Shown: one piece after another, positions 44,178 through 52,886 of the stretch
Layout: each line of letters starts with the position of its first letter
How positions within the stretch are numbered: the first letter of the stretch is position 1
Assembly (NCBI GenBank): GCA_964621185.1
Contig: CAZULM010000029.1
Span: forward strand, 987-64,986
Reading direction: 5' to 3'
Length of the DNA: 64,000 nucleotides
Source of the DNA: an uncultured Saprospiraceae bacterium
Lineage (GTDB): Bacteria > Bacteroidota > Bacteroidia > Chitinophagales > Saprospiraceae
Notes under the pieces: generated by a model
The model's database searches: none
What the model saw: the letters and a program-made list of their open reading frames with translations, nothing else
What the model was told of the DNA's origin: nothing
Program-made: the position numbers and the translations under genes

Positions 44178-47100
44178 ATGAAAAAAATCTACACGATCAA
44201 TCTCCTTCAAAAAGCCCTCCTTTGCCTTGTTTTTCTACTCCCTGCCACTGTATTCTCCCGAACCTTTTCCGATCCGGATGATCCGACCAACCCCGATTCG
44301 CTCCTGGCCTTAGGCCCATTGGGGCACCTCTCTTGCATCATCATCGCCGACACCAATTGCGCCACCCAAACATTGACCCTGGAGGCCTGGATCGTCTACT
44401 CGTTTAGCGGACAAGCGGTACCGGTCACCGTTGACTGGACGAACGGCATGACGGCACATAAAATAATCGTTCCTGTACCTGGCGGATGGGGTTGGGACAC
44501 CACGCCTTTTACTTGCGAGCACAACCACAATTCAAACACTTTTGAAACCTCTTCCAGCTTTTTCCCGGGGGGGCTGGATATTCTGGGCTCTACGGCCATT
44601 TGTCCATTTGATGAGTTGGAATTGACGGTAAATACCCAGGGCTACAACGAGTTCAGTTCTTTTGAATGGAGCCCGGCTAACGACAACCTCAGCCCGATCA
44701 CGGTAAACCAACCTGGAATTTATGCCCTCACCGTCACCGATGCCTTCGGTTGTACGCACAGGGATCAGGTAAACGTGACCCAGATACCGCCTTTCGTTCC
44801 CCAGATCACAGGCCAGAACCAGATTTGCCCGACGGGAGATACGACGGTGTTGACCGTTCAGGGCCCATATTTCAACTATCAATGGAGCAGCGGTGACGTG
44901 GGAAGCCCCCTTATTGTTACCGAGCCTGGCAACTATGAAGTTACGGCCACCGATGTCCACGGCTGTACGGGCGTAGGCTCTTTTGGCGTTCAATCCAATG
45001 GGGTTGGCGGTTTCCCAATCGCCGTAACCAGCGCGACCCTCTGCCCGGGGCAATTGGACACCCTCAGCGTTTTGGGCGGCTTTTCCCAGTATAATTGGTC
45101 AAATGGCATTTCAGGCATCAACAATATCGTGAACCAGGCAGGCACCTACACGGTGACAGTCACCAACTTTTCGGGCTGCACCGGAACAGGAACCACGACC
45201 GTGACAGGGCTCGTGCCCCCCGATATACAGATCAGCAGCACCCCATTATGCCCTGGCGGGACGGCTATCTTGACCGCCCTGGTGGACACATTGCCGCATT
45301 ATCACTGGTCAACCAACCAGGATACCAGTTCCATTGCCATTTTCAACCCAGGCACCTATTCCGTCACGGTCAGCGGCAGCGGGATTTGCGCCACCTCCAC
45401 GAACATCGTGGTCAACCTTGCCGCAGTGCCGACTGCCATCATCGACCCGCCCGGCCTGCTGACCTGTTCAGCAACCCAGTTCCCCCTCGACGGCAGCGCC
45501 TCCTCCTCGGGCTCTGGTTTCCCCTTTACCTGGAGCACCCAGGGCGGCAATTTTGTCTCCGGCGATACCACCCTTACCCCTGTCATCAATCAGCCCGGCA
45601 CCTATATCCTGAGCATCGTCAACAACGCCACCGGCTGTATTGACCATGACACCGTGCTCGTATCACAAAATATTATTCCACCCGGCGCAGACCCAGGCCC
45701 TCCAGCTACGCTCACCTGCGCCAACCAAACCCTTACAATCGGCCCCATCCCGGCGCCTGCCGACACCCTGCTGCTGCCGGTGTGGGCCACAGGCAGCGGA
45801 AACATCATTTCCGGCGATTCCACCTGGGCGCCGGGCATCGGGCAACCCGGCACTTATACCCTGATCGTGACCAACGCTGCCAATGGATGTACCAGCACCG
45901 CAACCGTTAACATCAGCCAGGACATAGCAGCCCCCACGGCACAAATCGCGCCCCCTGGCCTTATTACCTGCACCCAAAGCACCGTCGCACTCGACGGCAG
46001 CGGCAGCAGCACAGGCCCCAACTTCAGCTACCAATGGAGCACCAGCAACGGCACCCTCAGCGGATCCAGCACCGGAATGAGCACAACCGCTGCATCAGTG
46101 GGCGATTACACCCTGCTGGTCACCAATACTGCCAACGGCTGTACCGCCTCCAGCTCCATCAGCGTAAGTGCCGATGTGAATATTCCGGTGGTCAGCGCCC
46201 TGGCGCCCAATCTCCTGACCTGTTCTGTTCAATCTGTCGCCATCGACGCATCGGCATCTTCCAACGGGCCGAACTTTGAATACAATTGGGCCACCAGCAA
46301 CGGAACGATTGTCAGCGGTGGCAATACCCTGATCCCTGTCGTAAGCGGCCCCGGCACTTACACACTGACCTTGCTCAACACAGCCAACGCCTGTTCTGCT
46401 ACCCTGGGCGTTCAGGTGATGCAGGACATCCAGCCGCCCGTTGCCATCGCCGGGCCCGCAACTACCTTGAGTTGCAGCGTTTCTTCCTTGCAACTGGATG
46501 GGTCGGGATCGTCTTCCGGGCCGAATTTTACTTACCAATGGAGCACTGTCAACGGAAACATCGTCAACGGAAACACGACCCTCATGCCCACGGTAAGCCT
46601 TGCCGGTGATTACGTTTTGCAAGTAAGCAACACGACCAATGGCTGCACGGCTACGAGTACTGCGCTGGTGCAGAACGATGTGAATGCCCCACAGGCACTC
46701 ATCGCAGCGCCGGCAACCCTCACCTGTGCCGCTACACAAATCAACATCGATGCCTCAGCATCCACGCAAAGTGGCAATGTGACCTACCTCTGGACTGGGC
46801 CCGGAATAATTTCTGGGCAGGGAACCTTGCAACTGGGCGCCGACTTGCCTGGCGTGTACACCCTGCAAATCACCAACAATGTCAATGGCTGTACCGACGA
46901 TGCCAGCATTGTGGTCAATCAAGACATCGCAGCTCCAATGGTGCTTGCAGGCGCCGATTTGCTCATAAATTGCAGCGCCCCAACGGGGGTATTGGGCAAC
47001 ACGGCCAACCCCTCCGGTGCCGGGTACACCCTGGTCTGGACAACAATCGGCGGTAATTTCACGTCCCCAACCGATGCCCCAACAGTGGGCATCAACCAGG

Positions 47101-49745
47101 CTGGAACCTACCAACTCCAAATTATCAACAACCTAAATGGCTGTACCAGTACCGACGAAGTCGTGGTGCAGGCTGATTTTTCCCCACCTGTCGTAGATGC
47201 CGGCCCAACGGCGGAATTGACATGCGTCGTAACCAATACCGTCCTGCAAGGCTCAGGCAGCATGGGCCCAATTTTCAATTATTTATGGACCACCGCTACC
47301 GGGAACATTGTCAGTGGCGCCAACAGCCTGAGCCCGGTCGTGGATGCCGCAGGCGACTACAATTTATTGATTACCAATACTCAAAACGGGTGTACAGCCA
47401 ATGATTTGGTCAGCATTACCGAAAGCGCCGACCTGCCCATCGCCATCGCCGGCCAGCCCCAAACACTTACCTGTATTTTCAGCAGCACTACCTTGAACGG
47501 CACAGGCTCCAGCGCCGGGCCTGAGTTTGCTTATTTGTGGTCGACCACAACCGGCAACATAAGTTCCGGAGCCAACACCCTCATGCCCGTCATTGATGCG
47601 CCGGGTATGTACAGCGTTACTGTGACCAATACTAGCAACAACTGTACAAAAGTCGCCAGCGTCACCATCGCACAAGACATCCAGAACCCGGTGGTTGATG
47701 CGGGGATCGACAATACACTCACCTGTGCCATCACTTCACTTCCGCTGTCGGCTAAGGTACTGTCTTCTTCCTCCAGCGGCATCAACTATATCTGGGGCAC
47801 TGTCGGGGGCCAAATCATCAGCGGCGGCACAACAGCCAGCCCGACCATTGGCGCTGCAGGAACATACACCGTGACTGTAACCGATGCCATCAATGGCTGT
47901 ACCGGCACCGACCAGTTGCAGATTGGAAGCGATGTGGCGCCGCCCATTGCCCTTATCGGCAACCCGCAGACGCTGACTTGCACGACCACCCAAATCCCAC
48001 TGAACACCAGCGGCTCCAGCACCGGGCCCAACTTTAGCTATAACTGGACCACCCAGGGCGGCAACATCGTTTCCATCCAGAATCCGCAACAGCCCGTTGT
48101 GGATGCGCCGGGAACGTACAATGTCTTGATAACCAATATTTCAAATGGGTGCACACAAACGGCTAGCGCAGTCGTTCCGCAAGATGTGCAATTGCCGACA
48201 GCCGAAGCCGGCCAAACGGTCGGGCTCGACTGCGACACCCAAACAAACCTGTTGGATGGGAACGGATCCAGTGTTGGCGCAACATTCACGTATTTATGGT
48301 CCACAACCGATGGTCAAATAGTTTCGGGAAACACTTCACTGATGCCCAGCATCGGGGATCCTGGCACCTACACCTTGCTGGTCACAAACACCACGAATGG
48401 TTGCACACAAACCGACATCGTGGTGGTGACGGAAGACGTAACGCCGCCAACTTGCAGCATTGCCAGTCCGTCGGTATTGACCTGCGCGACACTGACCGTG
48501 CCCTTGAGCGCCAGCGGGACAAATTTTGGAACCGCTCCAAGCTTTAACTGGAGCACCGCCAATGGCAACATTGTCAGTGGAGGCAGCACCTTGATTGCAA
48601 CGGTGAACCAGCCAGGGAATTACGCCCTGCTAGTGCTGAATACAGTAAATGGTTGTTCCACCACGGTTCCGGTTTTGGTAACGCAGGACATCAGCCCGCC
48701 AACGATCCAGGTACAGCCCCCACCCTTGCTGACCTGTTCGGTGCTTCAATTTCCCTTGCAAAGCACCGCATCGGCCCAAACGACCGTCAATTGGAACACC
48801 AATAACGGGAACATCTTATCCGGCAGCAACACACTCAATCCTGTCGTCAATCAACCTGGATTATACCAAGCAATCGTCACCTCGACTGCCAATGGTTGCA
48901 CCAGCACAGTCCAGGTTCCCGTGCTGCGCGAAACGAATGTGCCGACAGGTGTACAATTTGACTTGACACAACCGCTCTGCAACGGCACGCCAGGCTTGTT
49001 GAACGTCAGTCAGGTGATTGGCGGCATTGGCCCTTACGGCTATTCCATCGACGGCGGGCAGCACTTTTTTACCTTCCAGGAATTTGACGACCTGGCGCCC
49101 GGAAACTTCAACCTGGTGGTCCAGGACATCAATGGGTGCGAAATCACGCAACCAATAACGGTTGTCCCACCGCTGCAGCCGCTGGTCAGCCTGCCTCCCA
49201 CATTCAGCATCCAGCTCGGCGCCAACCAGGAATTGAAAGCCATTATCCCCCCGCCATTCCCGGCAAGCCTGATCGAACAGGTGATCTGGGAGCCCCTGGA
49301 CGGCCTGACATTTAATGGAAGCAGTATTTTGGACTTGCTGAACCCAACGGCAACACCTTTCAAAACAACCGAATACACGGTGACGATAGTTACGGCAGAA
49401 GGCTGTACTGCCACGGCGCGCAGCGTGATCGAGGTGAACCGTTTGGTGGACATCTACGCGCCCAACATCATCTGGCCGAACGACCCTGACGGCGACAACG
49501 GCACTTTCCAATTGTTTGCCCGCGACGAATCGGTGGCTGCCATCCACAAATTGCAAATCTTCGACCGATGGGGAACGCTCGTTTTTGAAAACAAGGAGTT
49601 CAGCCCCAACGACTTATCCAATGGTTGGGACGGGATGTACCGGGGCCAATTCGTTGACCCTGCGGTGTTTGTGTGGTGGGCGGAAGTGGAATTGGTGGAT
49701 GGGCGGCAATTGCTGATGAAGGGGGATGTGACAGTGATGCGGTAG
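44178..49745 (+). CDS. SprB-like giant adhesin (1855 aa) with T9SS type-B (gliding-motility-associated) C-terminal domain
   Basis: Signal peptide MKKIYTINLLQKALLCLVFLLPATVFS from the ATG at 44178. 14 tandem ~84-aa repeats at 45421-48933 (LTC....LDGSGSS.GPNF.Y.W.T..G.I.SG..TL.P.V...G.Y.L.V.N..NGCT). One SprB-type repeat (CNGTPG...GGIGPYGYSIDGG). C-terminus IYAPNIIWPNDPDGDNGTF...LLMKGDVTVMR. Confidence 0.85.
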   Translation: MKKIYTINLLQKALLCLVFLLPATVFSRTFSDPDDPTNPDSLLALGPLGHLSCIIIADTNCATQTLTLEAWIVYSFSGQAVPVTVDWTNGMTAHKIIVPVPGGWGWDTTPFTCEHNHNSNTFETSSSFFPGGLDILGSTAICPFDELELTVNTQGYNEFSSFEWSPANDNLSPITVNQPGIYALTVTDAFGCTHRDQVNVTQIPPFVPQITGQNQICPTGDTTVLTVQGPYFNYQWSSGDVGSPLIVTEPGNYEVTATDVHGCTGVGSFGVQSNGVGGFPIAVTSATLCPGQLDTLSVLGGFSQYNWSNGISGINNIVNQAGTYTVTVTNFSGCTGTGTTTVTGLVPPDIQISSTPLCPGGTAILTALVDTLPHYHWSTNQDTSSIAIFNPGTYSVTVSGSGICATSTNIVVNLAAVPTAIIDPPGLLTCSATQFPLDGSASSSGSGFPFTWSTQGGNFVSGDTTLTPVINQPGTYILSIVNNATGCIDHDTVLVSQNIIPPGADPGPPATLTCANQTLTIGPIPAPADTLLLPVWATGSGNIISGDSTWAPGIGQPGTYTLIVTNAANGCTSTATVNISQDIAAPTAQIAPPGLITCTQSTVALDGSGSSTGPNFSYQWSTSNGTLSGSSTGMSTTAASVGDYTLLVTNTANGCTASSSISVSADVNIPVVSALAPNLLTCSVQSVAIDASASSNGPNFEYNWATSNGTIVSGGNTLIPVVSGPGTYTLTLLNTANACSATLGVQVMQDIQPPVAIAGPATTLSCSVSSLQLDGSGSSSGPNFTYQWSTVNGNIVNGNTTLMPTVSLAGDYVLQVSNTTNGCTATSTALVQNDVNAPQALIAAPATLTCAATQINIDASASTQSGNVTYLWTGPGIISGQGTLQLGADLPGVYTLQITNNVNGCTDDASIVVNQDIAAPMVLAGADLLINCSAPTGVLGNTANPSGAGYTLVWTTIGGNFTSPTDAPTVGINQAGTYQLQIINNLNGCTSTDEVVVQADFSPPVVDAGPTAELTCVVTNTVLQGSGSMGPIFNYLWTTATGNIVSGANSLSPVVDAAGDYNLLITNTQNGCTANDLVSITESADLPIAIAGQPQTLTCIFSSTTLNGTGSSAGPEFAYLWSTTTGNISSGANTLMPVIDAPGMYSVTVTNTSNNCTKVASVTIAQDIQNPVVDAGIDNTLTCAITSLPLSAKVLSSSSSGINYIWGTVGGQIISGGTTASPTIGAAGTYTVTVTDAINGCTGTDQLQIGSDVAPPIALIGNPQTLTCTTTQIPLNTSGSSTGPNFSYNWTTQGGNIVSIQNPQQPVVDAPGTYNVLITNISNGCTQTASAVVPQDVQLPTAEAGQTVGLDCDTQTNLLDGNGSSVGATFTYLWSTTDGQIVSGNTSLMPSIGDPGTYTLLVTNTTNGCTQTDIVVVTEDVTPPTCSIASPSVLTCATLTVPLSASGTNFGTAPSFNWSTANGNIVSGGSTLIATVNQPGNYALLVLNTVNGCSTTVPVLVTQDISPPTIQVQPPPLLTCSVLQFPLQSTASAQTTVNWNTNNGNILSGSNTLNPVVNQPGLYQAIVTSTANGCTSTVQVPVLRETNVPTGVQFDLTQPLCNGTPGLLNVSQVIGGIGPYGYSIDGGQHFFTFQEFDDLAPGNFNLVVQDINGCEITQPITVVPPLQPLVSLPPTFSIQLGANQELKAIIPPPFPASLIEQVIWEPLDGLTFNGSSILDLLNPTATPFKTTEYTVTIVTAEGCTATARSVIEVNRLVDIYAPNIIWPNDPDGDNGTFQLFARDESVAAIHKLQIFDRWGTLVFENKEFSPNDLSNGWDGMYRGQFVDPAVFVWWAEVELVDGRQLLMKGDVTVMR

Positions 49746-49919
49746 GAAAGCGGGGCATATCAGATTACGGACTTGTACGGCAAGGTGCTGGCAACACAGC
49801 CGTTTATGTCCAATTTGACGGAAATAGATGTGGCCGGCCTCCCCTCCGGGGTTTACCTGCTGAGCCTTCGGCCGGACAAGGGGCTGCCCATGGTGAAAAA
49901 ATTTGTGCTGCTGCATTAA
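49746..49919 (+). pseudogene. Orphan fragment of a T9SS type-A CTD, in frame directly behind the TAG stop of the adhesin
   Basis: Translation ESGAYQITDLYGKVLATQPFMSNLTEIDVAGLPSGVYLLSLRPDKGLPMVKKFVLLH* matches the distal two-thirds of a type-A CTD. It lacks the PNP-containing first strand and any start codon or signal peptide. Confidence 0.55.
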
Positions 49920-49923
49920 AAAA

Positions 49924-49956
49924 AGCGCCAACCCGGATTCCCTCCAGGATGGCGCT
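49924..49956. terminator. Putative bidirectional intrinsic terminator
   Basis: Stem agcgcca / tggcgct (7 bp, 19-nt loop) flanked by an A-run on one side and a T-rich stretch on the other. Lies between convergent transcription units. Confidence 0.4.
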
Positions 49957-49986
49957 TCTTTATCAGCACTGGTTCAAAAGCGATGC

Positions 49987-52443
49987 TTACTGCCTTTGGT
50001 CCACCCGTTGGTACTTTTCAGGGTTTTTCAGGGCATCTTCTTTCATAGCTTTCTTCTCTTCTGGTGTCAACGCTTTCGCAGGAGGCGGGGAAGCTTGCTG
50101 CTGCTTCTGCATTTGTTGCTGTGCCGGCACAGCGCCATCAGTAACCGTTGTCGTGATGGTAGTGCCCTGTTGCTGCTGGATGGCGTTGTTTTGCTGCCCG
50201 TAATTCATGCCACTATCCTGAATATGCTTTTCACGCACACGCATGTTGATACCGTCTGTGTTGATGGAGGTGCCATTGTTAGGGCTTTGGTGCCCGCTGC
50301 CCAAAATGGGCGCGATGGTCAAGCCCACAAGGCAGGTCAATTTGATCAGGATGTTCATGGACGGGCCAGATGTGTCCTTGAAAGGATCGCCCACCGTATC
50401 GCCCGTAACCGCAGCCTTGTGCGGCTCAGAGCCTTTGTAGTACATGGTGCCGTTGATGTCGACGCCTTTTTCGAAAGATTTCTTGGCGTTGTCCCAGGCG
50501 CCGCCAGCATTCGACTGGAAAATGGCCCACATAACACCGCTCACCGTCACGCCCGCCATGTAGCCGCCGAGGGCTTCAGCGCCCATGACAAAACCTACAA
50601 CGATCGGGGTAACAATGGTGATCAGGCCCGGCGCCAGCATTTCTTTCAGTGCCGCCTTGGTACTGATGGCCACGCAGCGCTGGTAGTCGGCGGTGCCGGT
50701 GCCTTCGAGCAGGCCCGGTATCTCGCGGAACTGGCGGCGAACTTCTTCCACCATTTCCATGGCCGCTTTGCCCACGCTTTGCATGGCAAATGCGCTGAAC
50801 ACAACCGGGATCATACCGCCCAGGAACAGGGCAGCCAAAACTTTTGCCTTGAAGATGTTGATGCCTTCGATGCCCGTGAAGTCAACATAAGCCGCGAACA
50901 GGGCCAAAGCCGTCAAAGCCGCAGAAGCGATGGCGAAGCCTTTGCCGATAGCAGCCGTGGTGTTGCCCACAGAGTCGAGCACGTCGGTGTTGGCCCGCAC
51001 TTCTTTGGGCAATTCGCTCATTTCAGCGATACCGCCCGCATTGTCGGCAATCGGGCCGAAAGCGTCGATGGCCAACTGCATGGCCGTGGTGGCCATCATC
51101 GCAGAAGCCGCAATGGCGACGCCATAGAAACCGGCAAATGCGTAAGCCGCCCAGATAGCACCCGAAAAAAGCACGATGGGCATCCAGGTGGACATCATGC
51201 CCGTAGCAAGTCCGGCAATAATATTGGTCGCAGAACCCGTTGCCGATTGGCGAACGATGCCCAATACCGGTTTGCGGCCCAGGCTGGTGTAGTAGGCCGT
51301 GATGGCAGAGATCAAAGCGCCTACGATCAGGCCGACCATGGTGGCGTTGAATACGCTGGTATTGGTTACCTCCACTGAGCCCTGGCCGAAAAAGCGCATC
51401 GTCATGGTTTCCGGCAACATCCATTTGATGAGCGGGAACGCAACCACAGCCGTCAGGATAATGCTGATCCAGTTGCCGCGGTCCAGGGCGCTTTGCACGG
51501 TTTCGGCAGTCGCTTCGGCGCCTTCCTTGATGCGCACCGCCCACATGCCCACGATGGACAGCAGGATGCCGATACCGGCAATCGCAATGGGCAACAAGAT
51601 GGGACCGATGCCGCCAAAAACGTCATTGATGCCGCCAGAATCGCGGATAACCGAGTTGCCAAGTACCATGGCAGCCAGAACGGTAGCCACATAAGAGCCA
51701 AAAAGGTCGGCGCCCATGCCCGCTACGTCGCCCACGTTGTCGCCCACGTTGTCGGCGATGGTGGCGGGGTTGCGCGGGTCGTCTTCCGGGATGCCGGCTT
51801 CCACCTTGCCCACTAAGTCGGCGCCCACGTCGGCTGCCTTGGTGTAGATGCCCCCACCCACACGGGCGAACAGGGCGATGGACTCAGCGCCCACCGAAAA
51901 ACCGGCGAGCACTTCCAGTACCCGCGACATGATGCGCGGGCCGCCGTCTTCGATGGTGTAGGAGCCGTTCATGAACACGATATAGAAAATAGCGAACAGC
52001 GCGCTGAGGCCCAATACAGCTAAGCCCGCCACGCCGAGCCCCATCACGGAGCCGCCGTTGAACGACACTTTGAGCGCTTGCGCCAGGCTGGTACGCGCGG
52101 CCTGGGTGGTGCGCACGTTGGCCTTGGTGGCGATGCGCATGCCGAAGAACCCGGCAAGCACCGAGAACAGCGCGCCGATGACAAATGCCACGACGATCAG
52201 GGGGTGGCTCGACTCCACCTGGGTGCTGAGCCAGCCGAGCAGTACGCCCGCTACCACCACATAGATGGCGAGGATACGGTATTCGGCTTTCAAAAAAGCC
52301 ATGGCGCCGTCGGCGATGTTCTTCGCGATGCCCTGCATCTTGCTGTCGCCGGCGTCTTGCTTGGTGACCCAGCTTTGCAGGAAGAACATGTACATGAGGC
52401 CAACGACCCCAAAGATTGGTAATAGGTAAACCAGAGAACTCAT
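49987..52443 (-). CDS. hppA: Membrane-integral ion-translocating pyrophosphatase (K+-dependent type) with ~103-aa Q-rich C-terminal extension
   Basis: Conserved [26 protein letters not shown] and [10 protein letters not shown] (Ala at the K+-dependence position). About 16 TM segments. The tail lies at 49990-50298. Confidence 0.93.
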   Translation of the reverse strand: MSSLVYLLPIFGVVGLMYMFFLQSWVTKQDAGDSKMQGIAKNIADGAMAFLKAEYRILAIYVVVAGVLLGWLSTQVESSHPLIVVAFVIGALFSVLAGFFGMRIATKANVRTTQAARTSLAQALKVSFNGGSVMGLGVAGLAVLGLSALFAIFYIVFMNGSYTIEDGGPRIMSRVLEVLAGFSVGAESIALFARVGGGIYTKAADVGADLVGKVEAGIPEDDPRNPATIADNVGDNVGDVAGMGADLFGSYVATVLAAMVLGNSVIRDSGGINDVFGGIGPILLPIAIAGIGILLSIVGMWAVRIKEGAEATAETVQSALDRGNWISIILTAVVAFPLIKWMLPETMTMRFFGQGSVEVTNTSVFNATMVGLIVGALISAITAYYTSLGRKPVLGIVRQSATGSATNIIAGLATGMMSTWMPIVLFSGAIWAAYAFAGFYGVAIAASAMMATTAMQLAIDAFGPIADNAGGIAEMSELPKEVRANTDVLDSVGNTTAAIGKGFAIASAALTALALFAAYVDFTGIEGINIFKAKVLAALFLGGMIPVVFSAFAMQSVGKAAMEMVEEVRRQFREIPGLLEGTGTADYQRCVAISTKAALKEMLAPGLITIVTPIVVGFVMGAEALGGYMAGVTVSGVMWAIFQSNAGGAWDNAKKSFEKGVDINGTMYYKGSEPHKAAVTGDTVGDPFKDTSGPSMNILIKLTCLVGLTIAPILGSGHQSPNNGTSINTDGINMRVREKHIQDSGMNYGQQNNAIQQQQGTTITTTVTDGAVPAQQQMQKQQQASPPPAKALTPEEKKAMKEDALKNPEKYQRVDQRQ

Positions 52444-52504
52444 CCGGTAAGTTTTAGTTTGATGTGAAAATGAATGTTGGAGGGCCTTTTGCCCAAAACG
52501 GCGG

Positions 52505-52512
52505 CAAAAGTA
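52505..52512 (-). promoter_or_regulatory. Candidate -7 box (TACTTTTG on the minus strand) for hppA
   Basis: 62 nt upstream of the start at 52443. Confidence 0.45.
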
Positions 52513-52657
52513 ATACAGTTTTCTGCTTAGTAGTCTGTAAACGCGGAGCGTTTCTTTTATTCTGTGTCAACTTCGCCCCAAAAGTTGACCCGGTGGCCCA
52601 CCAAGGACATATAATGTTAATGCACAGGCCAAAGCTTTGCGCTTCCAGAAAAAAACC

Positions 52658-52665
52658 TATTTTTG
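52658..52665 (+). promoter_or_regulatory. Candidate -7 box TATTTTTG
   Basis: Exact TAnnTTTG match, but 222 nt upstream of the ATG at 52887. Confidence 0.25.
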
Positions 52666-52886
52666 TCCCGCGCATTGCCCGGTTTCCTTCCATTCCCTGC
52701 GCAGGGGGGCAGTTGCGCAGCAGGCCTGCTTATATTAATCCGCCCTTGTGTGGTTGAGTTCAGCTTTGCTGCACAAGGTTGATCGTTTCAAGTATCTCTT
52801 ATTTTACGGCTATCTCAGAAAAGTTTTGCCCACCGGCATCGGTAGGCACTCGAAACTTATACCTTTTACCAAAAAATTTTTCAGAC

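Noticed and set aside
45421-48933. Regular ~250-bp periodicity that might suggest a repeat array or CRISPR
   Set aside because: The periodicity lies in one long open reading frame and is conserved at the protein level (NGCT-type Ig-like repeats). There are no short identical direct repeats with unique spacers, and no cas genes in the window.
49903-51378. 491-aa plus-strand ORF antisense to hppA
   Set aside because: Shadow ORF. R/H/G-rich translation, and the sense strand has the canonical pyrophosphatase motifs.
52484-52720. Three short hairpins (cttttgcc/ggcaaaag, gtcaactt/aagttgac, ctgcgca/tgcgcag) in the hppA / surface-protein intergenic region, considered as a riboswitch or an invertible promoter
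   Set aside because: The stems are only 7-8 bp with no flanking long inverted repeats. They do not resemble any riboswitch consensus I know, and no recombinase gene is nearby.
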